Shown one piece after another: positions 49,358-58,366 of a stretch of 64,000 nt of DNA. Source of the DNA: Candidatus Collierbacteria bacterium RIFOXYD2_FULL_45_13. Lineage in GTDB: Bacteria > Patescibacteriota > Microgenomatia > UBA1400 > MFAQ01. Numbering within the stretch: position 1 is the stretch's first letter; each line of letters opens with the position of its first letter. The position numbers and the translations under genes are program-made. Under the pieces are notes generated by a model. It was not told where the DNA came from, did no database searches, and saw only the letters and a list, made by a program, of their open reading frames with translations. Where the stretch lies: contig MFAS01000001.1 of NCBI GenBank assembly GCA_001774685.1, positions 9,268 to 73,267 on the forward strand, given 5' to 3'.

Positions 49358-50829
49358 CATTTTTTCACCCTTAGCGGCGGGAACAGTACCCCTTCGCGTC
49401 CGGAAATATCTTCCAGGAACCAGAAAAGTCTTTCCGAATGCCCCCAGCCGGAAGTTGGTGGCATACCATATTCCAGCATCTCCACAAAGTCGGTGTCCAG
49501 CATCTGTGCCTCCTCATCTCCCGCCTCCCTCTGAGCCTGTTGTTCTTCAAACCTAGCCCTCTGATCCTCCGGATCATTCAGCTCGGTATAGCCATTCCCC
49601 AATTCAGATCCGGCAATGATGACATGAAATCTTTCAGTTAGTTCCGGATTCTCCGGCTTACTCTTAGCCAAAGGTGACATAAACTTCGGTTCATTTATTA
49701 GGTAGGCCGGTCCGGCAATTGTTTTCCGGATTATCTTCCAGCAGTTGTCTATCAACCGACTTCTATTTATCGCTCCGGTCAGGACCACCCCACTCTTTTT
49801 TACCGCCGCCAACATTTCTTCGTCGGTCGACTTAAAAATATCAATGCCCAGCTTCTCTTTAATTATTTCCACATAATCAATCTCCGCCCATTCGTGAGCC
49901 AGATCATATTCCATCCCTCTACTCACAAACTTTGTCTTCCCATAGACTTCCTTAGCAATATATCGGAAAAGTTCTTTCACGAGCTCCATGTTGTCCCGGT
50001 AATCAGCATATGCCCAGTACCACTCGCACTGGTAATACTCCGGCAAATGTTCATCATCCATCCCCTCGTTACGAAAATTAGGTCCAATGGTATAAATCTT
50101 TTCATACCCAGCCCCAATCAATCTTTTTTGATAGAGTTCGGTCGAGATTCTCAAAAAGAAGTCCTGATCAATTGCGTTCATATGGGTAACAAATGGCTTG
50201 GCGTCAGCTCCACCAGTGACACTTTCTAATACTGGCGTCTCCACTTCGATAAACCCTTTATTTTTCAGAAAACTCCTTGTTACTTCCCAAAACTTGGCTT
50301 TTCTTTCAAACCTTCTCATTTTTTCTGAATCCATCAATAGATCCAAATATCTTTTGCGGAAAGCCTCGTCTGGATTCTCTATCCCCGCCCATTTATCCGG
50401 TAGGGGTAGTCTTGATTTTGCCAAAAGCTTGATCGCACTTACTTGCAGAGACACCTCACCGGTTCTGGTCTTCACTATTTGCCCACCGGCTTGAATGATG
50501 TCACCAATGTCTAATAGCTCCAAGTCTTCAAAACCCAGCGTCTGCTTTTCCTTATCAGTCGGCCCCATGCCATCAGCACGGATAAACAGCTGAATCCTGC
50601 CACTCTGATCTTGAATTTGTCCAAAAATTAGTTTCCCGTGCTCTCTCCAAGCCATAATTCTCCCGGCCAAGATCATCTCCTTGCCATCATACTTCTCAAA
50701 ATTATCCACGACAATTTGGTTCTCAGCTTGTTTCTCGGATCTCGCCGGATACAGCTCAACCCCCATCAATTTCAGGGTTTCCACCTTCTTCTCTCGTTCC
50801 TTTAATATCTCTTCCAGTCTGCTTGCCAT
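49357..50829 (-). CDS. lysS: Lysine--tRNA ligase (class II)
   Basis: RKRYLDL, EVETPVL, GGADAKPF.TH, FRNEG, ELGNGYTELNDP, YGMPPT. Confidence 0.97.
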   Translation of the reverse strand: MASRLEEILKEREKKVETLKLMGVELYPARSEKQAENQIVVDNFEKYDGKEMILAGRIMAWREHGKLIFGQIQDQSGRIQLFIRADGMGPTDKEKQTLGFEDLELLDIGDIIQAGGQIVKTRTGEVSLQVSAIKLLAKSRLPLPDKWAGIENPDEAFRKRYLDLLMDSEKMRRFERKAKFWEVTRSFLKNKGFIEVETPVLESVTGGADAKPFVTHMNAIDQDFFLRISTELYQKRLIGAGYEKIYTIGPNFRNEGMDDEHLPEYYQCEWYWAYADYRDNMELVKELFRYIAKEVYGKTKFVSRGMEYDLAHEWAEIDYVEIIKEKLGIDIFKSTDEEMLAAVKKSGVVLTGAINRSRLIDNCWKIIRKTIAGPAYLINEPKFMSPLAKSKPENPELTERFHVIIAGSELGNGYTELNDPEDQRARFEEQQAQREAGDEEAQMLDTDFVEMLEYGMPPTSGWGHSERLFWFLEDISGREGVLFPPLRVKK

Positions 50830-50898
50830 AGCTACTATTCTAACATCGACTTGTGGTATGCTTTGAGCAATTCCACTTTGAAATTCATCGGAGGAAAC

Positions 50899-51315
50899 AT
50901 GGATCTACCATCCATCAAAGACTATCTTTTAGCCTATTTTTTTGGAGAGTTCGACCACGACCTGATTAACGATCAATCCAACGACCCCTACTTGCACGTC
51001 AGCATCATCACCAGTTCTGAAACAAATCCTCACCGTGACAGCTTCGGACTCTATCTCAAAAAGAAAGACCGGCCAGCTACCCACACCGCCTTTACCACCG
51101 CCAATATGGCTGCTGCGCTGGTTTTGGAAGGCAAGTACCTCCTCCAAAAACCTTCAGGAGCTCAGCCTGTCGATGATACCGTTGGTTACACGAAGGGTAT
51201 CAACATCGGGAAAAATCAGATCATTATTGTGACCGTGATTACCCGAGATCCCGAAGACGCCAAATTCGTCAGCAAGATGATCACGAACAAGATCCTTGCC
51301 TTCGTTGGAAAATGA
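50899..51315 (+). CDS. Hypothetical protein
   Basis: GGAGG SD before ATG at 50899; terminator GCCCCGC/GCGGGGC-TTTT at 51322-51345. Confidence 0.65.
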   Translation: MDLPSIKDYLLAYFFGEFDHDLINDQSNDPYLHVSIITSSETNPHRDSFGLYLKKKDRPATHTAFTTANMAAALVLEGKYLLQKPSGAQPVDDTVGYTKGINIGKNQIIIVTVITRDPEDAKFVSKMITNKILAFVGK

Positions 51316-51346
51316 ATTTTTGCCCCGCGTCACAGCGGGGCTTTTC

Positions 51347-53050
51347 TCACATCTTCTCCACCACCTCTATGCCCAATATCTCCAAACCGCTCTTGATAAC
51401 CAATCCGGTCACAGCTACCAGTAGCAGTCTCAAGTTTTCTTCTGGCACCCCGATTACTCTACTCCTGTCATAGAATCCGTTGAATTTTTGTGCCAACTCA
51501 AACAGGGTTTGACATATCAAATGGGGTGCAAAGTTCTTTGCGGCATTTTCCACCATTTCACCTTCGCCAATCCGCAAAACCAACCATCTCGCCAATCGAC
51601 TTTCGTCATCATTGAGTTTCTGGTTTCTTGAATTCTTAACTTCACCGATTTTTACCCCCACCTTCTCCAATATTCCTTTAGTTCTTACATACACATACTG
51701 TAAATAGGGACCACTATTCCCCTCCATACTAAGAGCTTCCTCCCACTTAAATTCATAGTTGGATTCTGGCGATCTTCTCAGCTCGTTATATTTGATTGCC
51801 CCCATTCCAATTTTTTCGGAGATCACTTCTATATTTTTTTCCTTTGCCACCTTTTTCGCCTCCTCGCCCGCTCTGAAAATTAAATCTTCAAGTTTAATAT
51901 TGGTGCCCTTTCTTGTACTCATCTTCTCCCCGCCAAACGTCATCAATCCATGTGCCACATGTTTGAACTCTACAGTCTTGGCATCTTCCCAGAGGAACTT
52001 AACCGCCTCAAACACCTGCCTGAAATGTAGAGTCTGTTCCGACCCCACTTCGTATACATACAGATCGGACCTTAATTCCACATCATCAAGTCTCTTTCTT
52101 ATCGTCGCCAAGTCTCGGGTAAAATACGTCGTCGTCCCATCTGATTTTTGCAACATCGCCGGTGGCAAATATTCTTTTCCGTCTTTCTCAAATTTGATGA
52201 TTAGGGCCCCTCTTTCGCCTTCCGTTGCCACATCGATTTCCATCGCTTCTTCAATTATTCCCGGCATCGTTTTTAGATAAACACTCTCTCCATATTCATG
52301 TTCAAAACTTACTCCCAGTTTGTGATATATCTGCGCAAATTCTTTCATGGAAATCTCAATACATTCCCTCCAAATCTTTTTGGCGTTTTCATCTCCACTT
52401 TCCAATCTGGCAAAGGCGTCTCTTGCTTTATCCTTCAGTTCGGGTGTCGTTTCTATTCTCTTGTTAAATTCGATATACAAATTTTCAAAGTCTGTCACCG
52501 TCATTTTTGAAACATCAAAATTCTTCTCTTCGGCCGCGGCAATAATCATTCCAAACTGCGTCCCCCAATCTCCCAAGTGATTATCATTAGTTACTTCGGC
52601 ACCACTGTGTTTATAAAGATTAAACAAAGCCTGTCCGATGATGGTAGATCGTAAATGTCCTACCGAAAATCTTTTAGCTATATTTGGTGAAGAATACTCC
52701 ACCAATACTTTTTTGCCGGACATAAAATCACTATCCAGACAATGACCGTCATTCTTTAACATTTCACTTAGCCTCTCTGTTAAAACCTCATCCTTTATCC
52801 AAAAGTTAATAAAGCCTGGTCCAGCGACCTCAATTTTTTCGACCACCTCCATCAATCTTTCATCCTTTTCTAGCTTCGCAATAATATCAGTAGCCAATTC
52901 TCGAGGAGCTTTCTCAAGCTGTTTCGCCATTAACAATGCAACATTGCTAGCATAATCACCCATCCTTTCGTCTCCCGGATGTTCGACCGAAAAGTCTCGA
53001 GGTCCAAAAATCTCCTCAATGGACTTTTTAATTATTTCTTTTATATTCAA
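51347..53050 (-). CDS. argS: Arginine--tRNA ligase
   Basis: GDYASN, GPGFINF, EYSSPNIAK...GHLRS, GDWGTQFG, KMSTRKG, GNSGPYLQY. Confidence 0.97.
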   Translation of the reverse strand: MNIKEIIKKSIEEIFGPRDFSVEHPGDERMGDYASNVALLMAKQLEKAPRELATDIIAKLEKDERLMEVVEKIEVAGPGFINFWIKDEVLTERLSEMLKNDGHCLDSDFMSGKKVLVEYSSPNIAKRFSVGHLRSTIIGQALFNLYKHSGAEVTNDNHLGDWGTQFGMIIAAAEEKNFDVSKMTVTDFENLYIEFNKRIETTPELKDKARDAFARLESGDENAKKIWRECIEISMKEFAQIYHKLGVSFEHEYGESVYLKTMPGIIEEAMEIDVATEGERGALIIKFEKDGKEYLPPAMLQKSDGTTTYFTRDLATIRKRLDDVELRSDLYVYEVGSEQTLHFRQVFEAVKFLWEDAKTVEFKHVAHGLMTFGGEKMSTRKGTNIKLEDLIFRAGEEAKKVAKEKNIEVISEKIGMGAIKYNELRRSPESNYEFKWEEALSMEGNSGPYLQYVYVRTKGILEKVGVKIGEVKNSRNQKLNDDESRLARWLVLRIGEGEMVENAAKNFAPHLICQTLFELAQKFNGFYDRSRVIGVPEENLRLLLVAVTGLVIKSGLEILGIEVVEKM

Positions 53051-53160
53051 GCTTTGTAACGAAGTTACATGCGAATAAAAGAGGAAGCGCAGTCTGGATA
53101 CTTCAATAATAATTTATTATTGAAGAGGAGACGAGCATGCTCTTATTTTCCACATTTTAA

Positions 53161-53330
53161 TAATAAACCCCTCACTTAAGCCAAGATTAATCTTAACTCA
53201 AGTCAGGGGTCTTCAGACGGCCTGTCGGCCGGGAGGACGGTACCACCCTTTGTTTCACTCTTTGTGCTGTTTCGGGCTACCCCGGCGGCATTTCCTCCGC
53301 TAGCTCAGGGACGCGACTCCCTTCAAAGCT
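53161..53330 (-). promoter_or_regulatory. T-box riboswitch with ultra-short Stem I, Arg (CGC) specifier, transcriptional
   Basis: AGC-TTT-GAA-GGGA-GT CGC G-TCCC-TGA-GCT; AGGG-TGGTACC-GTC..GAC-CCCT; terminator ACCCCTGACTTGAG..CTTAAGTGAGGGGT-TTATT; -10 TAGAAT at 53337-53342. Confidence 0.88.
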
Positions 53331-53366
53331 GGATATATTCTAGCACCTTCCTGTATTATTAAATCC

Positions 53367-54434
53367 ATGCCCAAGCCACTGGTAATAATTATTACGCTCA
53401 TTGCCAATCTCTTCTTCGGCGGCAAGCTACCCGCCTTTATGAATTCAGGAAACAAACCGATAGTTGACCCCATCACCGAACAAGTATCCGGTATGACTTT
53501 GGAGGAAAAGGTTCGCCAAACCTTTGTTTGCAGTTACGACGGAAAGACCCTTGATAAGGCTCTGTTGATATTAAAAAGTTGTGGCAACATCATCTACTCA
53601 AAAAGCAACACCGACGGTTTGACCGAAAAAGAAATCTTCGATAACAATCAACAAATCCACCAGCAAGACCCTCTTTCATGGATCATGGTAGACCAAGAAG
53701 GCGGCAAAGTTGCCAGAATTAAAGATGGATCACCGTCACCACGAAAAATGGCTGAGGATAATACAGTCTCCTACTGGGGCCAACAGCACGGACGAACTCT
53801 CAAGGACTTAGGCTTCAATGTAGATCTTGCACCCGTAGCCGATATTACCTCAAACAATCCGGTAATAGAGAACCGCTCCTTCGCCGATGATCCGGCTATC
53901 GACGGCACAAAAGCCACGGAATATCTCGTTGCTCTCCAAACCCAAGGAATAGTGGGTGTGATTAAACACCTTCCGGGTCACGGAAGGGTTGATTCCGACA
54001 CGCACAAGAAGACGGGTTCCCTTGACTACAGCTGGGAAGAAATAAAGAACTTTGATTTGATTCCTTTTATAGACACTATTAACAATGGCGCTAGAATCGT
54101 TATGATTGGGCATATCATCATCCCGGAACTAGATAAAAAGCCGGCCAGTATCAGCTCTATCGTTTTAGATAAGCTCAGATCTGCTCTTCCTAATGGGAAT
54201 GACTTAATCTTTCTTACCGACTCTCTCTCCATGTCAGGGGTCGGCCTACCTCAAGCCCAAGCCGCCGTCGCGGCTCTTAAAGCCGGTGAAGACATGATTC
54301 TGTTACAAGGCATCGACCCCAAGCCTCTTTATGAGCACATTATCGCCGCCTACAATAACGGTACTCTCGATAGAACAAAACTTGATCAATCGATTACCAG
54401 AATACTTCGGGTCAAAAGGCAATTTACCAACTAG
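53367..54434 (+). CDS. nagZ: GH3 beta-N-acetylhexosaminidase (NagZ-like) with signal/TM
   Basis: VDQEGGKVAR, LAPVAD, RSF, KHLPGHG...DTH, TDSLSM. Confidence 0.85.
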   Translation: MPKPLVIIITLIANLFFGGKLPAFMNSGNKPIVDPITEQVSGMTLEEKVRQTFVCSYDGKTLDKALLILKSCGNIIYSKSNTDGLTEKEIFDNNQQIHQQDPLSWIMVDQEGGKVARIKDGSPSPRKMAEDNTVSYWGQQHGRTLKDLGFNVDLAPVADITSNNPVIENRSFADDPAIDGTKATEYLVALQTQGIVGVIKHLPGHGRVDSDTHKKTGSLDYSWEEIKNFDLIPFIDTINNGARIVMIGHIIIPELDKKPASISSIVLDKLRSALPNGNDLIFLTDSLSMSGVGLPQAQAAVAALKAGEDMILLQGIDPKPLYEHIIAAYNNGTLDRTKLDQSITRILRVKRQFTN

Positions 54435-55395
54435 CAGTTTTTCCGGTTAAATACTTCTCTGCATCCAGTGCCGCCTGACACCCCATACCGGCGGCGGTGA
54501 TCGCCTGCTTATACTTGAAGTCCACCACATCACCACAGCCAAAAACTCCGTCTACAGAAGTCATTGTTGGATACCCTTCAAGCCAAACTTTAACGTCTCC
54601 GTTTGTTATTCCCGTTTTCAAAAAACCTTTGTCATCCAGATCCACCTGACCCTTAAACAGTTCGGTTGCCGGAAAATGCCCAATAGCCAAAAACAATCCA
54701 TCAACTACTATATCGGTTGTCAATCCGGTCTCCACATTCTTAATTTTTATTCCTTCCAGTTTTTCCGACCCTTTAACTTCTACCACCTCACTTTTCCAAA
54801 TTATTTTTATTTTCGGATTTGCTGTCACCCTCTCCTGCATTATCTTGCTGGCTTTGAGAGAATCCCTTCTATGAATCAAATATACTTCGCTCGCATATTT
54901 TGCCAGAGCCAAAGCATCCTCCATAGCCGCATCTCCTCCCCCAACCACAGCAGAAATCTTTTCTTTAAAGAAAGCCGCGTCGCAGACGGCACAAGTGCTG
55001 ACCCCTTTCCCCATCCACTTTTCCTCACCCAACCCAAGCATTTTCGAAGACGCCCCCGTTGAGATAATCACCGCCTTTGCCTTAACTTCCTCATCTCCCA
55101 CCCAAACCCTTTTGGTTTCACCAATCAACTCAACTTTCGTAACATCTTCATATCGCACCTCGGCTCCAAATTTTTTCGCTTGAGCCTCCATGGTCATCAT
55201 CAAATCTGGCCCCATAACCCCGTCTTTAAATCCCGGAAAATTTTCCACTTCGGTTGTATTCATCAGCTGACCTCCAGCCTTCGTTCCCGCCAACACCAAA
55301 ACAGATAGTGTTGCTCGAGACAAATATATTGCCGCCGTATATCCACTTGGTCCACCACCAACAATTACTACATCCCACTTTTTATCTTCCATCAT
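54424..55395 (-). CDS. trxB: Thioredoxin reductase
   Basis: GGGPSG.TAAIY, VENFPGF, CAVCD, GGGDAA, QAITAAG.GC. Confidence 0.96.
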   Translation of the reverse strand: MMEDKKWDVVIVGGGPSGYTAAIYLSRATLSVLVLAGTKAGGQLMNTTEVENFPGFKDGVMGPDLMMTMEAQAKKFGAEVRYEDVTKVELIGETKRVWVGDEEVKAKAVIISTGASSKMLGLGEEKWMGKGVSTCAVCDAAFFKEKISAVVGGGDAAMEDALALAKYASEVYLIHRRDSLKASKIMQERVTANPKIKIIWKSEVVEVKGSEKLEGIKIKNVETGLTTDIVVDGLFLAIGHFPATELFKGQVDLDDKGFLKTGITNGDVKVWLEGYPTMTSVDGVFGCGDVVDFKYKQAITAAGMGCQAALDAEKYLTGKTASW

Positions 55396-55410
55396 AAAAT
55401 ATTTATCAGT

Positions 55411-55520
55411 AAATTATTATGCGGCGCAGAAGTCTAGCCAATAACCGCACGCAGGCGGGACCCGGTACTCCAGGGAGATCCGAGTACGGTTTTGGCGGAC
55501 TTCGAACCGCAAGACAATTT
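55411..55520. repeat. ~110-nt structured intergenic element, copy 3
   Basis: Shared core; TGCGG/CCGCA and GAAGTC/GACTTC covariants. Confidence 0.85.
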
Positions 55521-55525
55521 TCAAA

Positions 55526-55849
55526 TTACTTAATAATCTTCTCAATCATTTGGATGTAGGCATCCTTGCCTCCAAAACCCACCTGTCTCGCCACCTCTTT
55601 GCCTTTTTGATACAGGATAACCGTTGGAATACTCATGACACCATAATCTCCTGCTACTTTGGAGTTGGCATCCACATCCACTTTACCTACCTTGATTTTT
55701 CCCTCGTAAGTATTCGCTAACTCATCGACAATGGGGGATACCAAGCGACACGGGCCACACCAATCGGCATAGAAATCTACCAATACAGGTGTTTCGGATT
55801 TAAGAACCTCATCGTTAAAATTTTGGTCGGTAAATTTTGCTACAGACAT
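55526..55849 (-). CDS. trxA: Thioredoxin
   Basis: WCGPC, SIPT. Confidence 0.96.
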   Translation of the reverse strand: MSVAKFTDQNFNDEVLKSETPVLVDFYADWCGPCRLVSPIVDELANTYEGKIKVGKVDVDANSKVAGDYGVMSIPTVILYQKGKEVARQVGFGGKDAYIQMIEKIIK

Positions 55850-55872
55850 TGTATGTTTATATTAATTAATGA

Positions 55873-56100
55873 TTAAAGAAATCGCTTTAATAACTTAGCA
55901 TATTCTTCTTTGTTACAACTATCCATCGCATCTGCTAACAAAGCCTTCGCGACACTTTTAAGCGAACTCATCGAAGCTACCACCTGAGTTACCACCGCTT
56001 CACACTTCTTGTCCTCAGAAATCATTTTCTCGATTCCCCCCACTTGACCCTGAATTCTTTTCAGAGCAACTTGTAACTTTTTCTTTTCCTCAATTGTCAT
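55873..56100 (-). CDS. CsoR/RcnR-family repressor (CstR-like: two Cys, no His ligand)
   Basis: LKRIQGQVGGIEKMI, C33, DAMDSC62. Confidence 0.85.
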   Translation of the reverse strand: MTIEEKKKLQVALKRIQGQVGGIEKMISEDKKCEAVVTQVVASMSSLKSVAKALLADAMDSCNKEEYAKLLKRFL

Positions 56101-56133
56101 AAATATGAAATATAAAATCTAAAATCCTAAATA

Positions 56134-56165
56134 TGATGATACCCCCAGTGGTATATTCTTGTCAA
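56134..56165 (-). promoter_or_regulatory. Promoter with a CsoR-type operator in its spacer
   Basis: TTGACA-18 nt-TATCAT enclosing the ATACC-CCCAGT-GGTAT inverted repeat with C/G tract. Confidence 0.75.
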
Positions 56166-56173
56166 CCCTTGAC

Positions 56174-56749
56174 TTAAAAGTTCAGCGCCAACAAGCCAAA
56201 CATCACCGACACCAGTATCACGAACCATCTTTTCTCTTCCTGACTCACCTCTCTTTTTATCTGCCAAAACCAAAGATCAAACCGGCCGTGATTCCAAAAA
56301 TAGTCATAGATCAAATCAAACACCAAATGAACTCCAATCCCCAGCATAAAACCCCGTGCAAACGAGCTTGATACACTGGTTACCGTCAAGAGAGCCATTA
56401 TCATCCACACCAGCAGAAACAAGACGCCCCTCATTACCAATTCTTTCTGCTCATGTCTTTCGTTCAACAGGGTAATTATTCCTTCAACAAATTTGTTTCT
56501 TCCAAACAAATCCTTCAATCTTGTCCCCAATGCCTCATCCGGTCTCATCAGAAAGCTGTATACAAATCGATCACAAAAAACAAACAGAAAACCGATTATT
56601 CCTCCAAGCAACCACCATAGAAGATCTATCCCAAAGATAAAGTTTCCCGTCAGTACCTTAAATAAAATTAAGAAGGCAAATACACCAAACAAAACATACT
56701 CATGCAAGACTACCTTATCTTTCATCATAGCTAAATCTAATTTTAGCAT
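56174..56749 (-). CDS. Hypothetical integral membrane protein
   Basis: Several hydrophobic helices; coupled to the MFS gene. Confidence 0.7.
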   Translation of the reverse strand: MLKLDLAMMKDKVVLHEYVLFGVFAFLILFKVLTGNFIFGIDLLWWLLGGIIGFLFVFCDRFVYSFLMRPDEALGTRLKDLFGRNKFVEGIITLLNERHEQKELVMRGVLFLLVWMIMALLTVTSVSSSFARGFMLGIGVHLVFDLIYDYFWNHGRFDLWFWQIKREVSQEEKRWFVILVSVMFGLLALNF

Positions 56750-57999
56750 TAATTACTCCAAGTCTTTATTTCTATCTGGGGTAATTTAATTTTTTTTGGT
56801 GTGACCGCAAGCAAAATTGCAGACACCAAAATCATCATCGTACCCATTACCACAAAGGTGTTTTTCTCACCTACAAATTGTGATATCAAACCCGCCAGAA
56901 TCGGACCAACAATGTATGCGACGCTCAAAGTCGACCCGGAAAGCCCAACCATATGTTTCCCCTCGCTCCCCATACGACTGACAATATCCGAGTACACAGC
57001 GTCGGTCAAAGGCCATGAAACAGAAAGCATTGTCCCTACCAAGAGAGAAACAGTCAAGGCAACCACCACACTATCGCTTGGACCAAGCATCACTAACAAT
57101 AGACCGGAAACCAGCATAAATATTTCAGCCAACTTCTTTTTCCCTTTATATACTCCCCATCGAGCAATCACCACACCCACGAATACCATCGGCAAGGTAT
57201 ATAAAGGCAAAAACAAACCTCCCCACCAGGTTTGTTTCGCCAAATTATCGGAAAACACCGTGCCGGTAGTCCAATAGGTTGCGTCGACTACTCCCATCAT
57301 CAAGCTGATAGCCAAAACTGGCCAGACCCGCTCAGACAAAGTCCACCAATGTTGAATTTCCTTCAGTAAGTTTACTCTTTCTGCAGGTTCATCTACTATA
57401 GGCTCTCTGTTGCTTCTTCCCATAATCACCCAAATCAGATAACCAAGTGCAACGCACACGATCGCCGACACCACCACCCAATAGTCCCCTTTACTTAGTG
57501 CCAAATAGCTACCAAGTATGGGCCCAATGAAGTAGGCAAGGCTTCTAAATGCACTCATCACCGCCCACACTCCCGACCTGGCGGTTATAGGTACGGATTC
57601 GGACACAAACGCCTGACCGCCAAATCCTAAAAACTCGTAATATATTCCCCATACACCCATAGCCAACAAAAAGAGCACCACAAGTGGCCAAGCCACACTC
57701 CACAACAATACACCACAAAACACCAAGCTTGAACCGATGGCCATCAACAATACCTTTCTCGTCTTAACATGTTTTAACAATTGTGGGAAGACCAGGTCGG
57801 CTCCAAAACCAACCAAAGATGAAAATGAAATAATAATACCCATAAGCAACGGACTGTTTACCGAATCTTGGATAAAAGAAGGCACCCAATCGCTCAAGAT
57901 ACCATCACCCACAAAAACAAAGAACAGCATTACCGAAAGCATAACTGCCCTTCCCCAATAGCCTTTTAATAAACCTCCAACATCAAATTTCCTATTCAC
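56749..57999 (-). CDS. MFS transporter
   Basis: About 12 TM helices, YFIGPILG and YIVGPILAG motifs. Confidence 0.85.
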   Translation of the reverse strand: MNRKFDVGGLLKGYWGRAVMLSVMLFFVFVGDGILSDWVPSFIQDSVNSPLLMGIIISFSSLVGFGADLVFPQLLKHVKTRKVLLMAIGSSLVFCGVLLWSVAWPLVVLFLLAMGVWGIYYEFLGFGGQAFVSESVPITARSGVWAVMSAFRSLAYFIGPILGSYLALSKGDYWVVVSAIVCVALGYLIWVIMGRSNREPIVDEPAERVNLLKEIQHWWTLSERVWPVLAISLMMGVVDATYWTTGTVFSDNLAKQTWWGGLFLPLYTLPMVFVGVVIARWGVYKGKKKLAEIFMLVSGLLLVMLGPSDSVVVALTVSLLVGTMLSVSWPLTDAVYSDIVSRMGSEGKHMVGLSGSTLSVAYIVGPILAGLISQFVGEKNTFVVMGTMMILVSAILLAVTPKKIKLPQIEIKTWSN

Positions 58000-58016
58000 C
58001 CATCCATTTTACTAGA

Positions 58017-58313
58017 TTACATCTCCCCCTTGCTTTTCTCTTCCTCCTTTAGTTGTTTGAGTTTCCACATAAACATTTTGCCCTTACTTCTTGCTCCGGC
58101 GTCCATTACGAAGCTTTTGGCTTTTTCAACCAGTTCCCGGGGCAAACTTTTTACTAGTCTCATATAAATGGCAGTGTGTTTTGTGTCATCCAGCGCCACA
58201 GCCAGACGATATGCATAATCCTGCCACTCCCTACTTATCCTTTTTTGCTTCGTCTCATCCAGCTCGTATTTATCGAGAATGTTCGTCATCGAGCTAAAGC
58301 CTTTTTTATCCAT
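58017..58313 (-). CDS. Hypothetical protein
   Basis: 98-aa ORF (SREWQDYAYRLA...KGKMFMWKL); TAAAAT 7 nt before ATG. Confidence 0.7.
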   Translation of the reverse strand: MDKKGFSSMTNILDKYELDETKQKRISREWQDYAYRLAVALDDTKHTAIYMRLVKSLPRELVEKAKSFVMDAGARSKGKMFMWKLKQLKEEEKSKGEM

Positions 58314-58366
58314 CAGTTACATTTTAACTGAATAAAAATTATAATAAGGATTGTTTCCATACCATT

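Noticed and set aside
16537-55520. CRISPR array or IS interpretation of the three-copy element
   Set aside because: Copies are kilobases apart with no spacers, cas genes, transposase, constant terminal repeats or evident target duplications.
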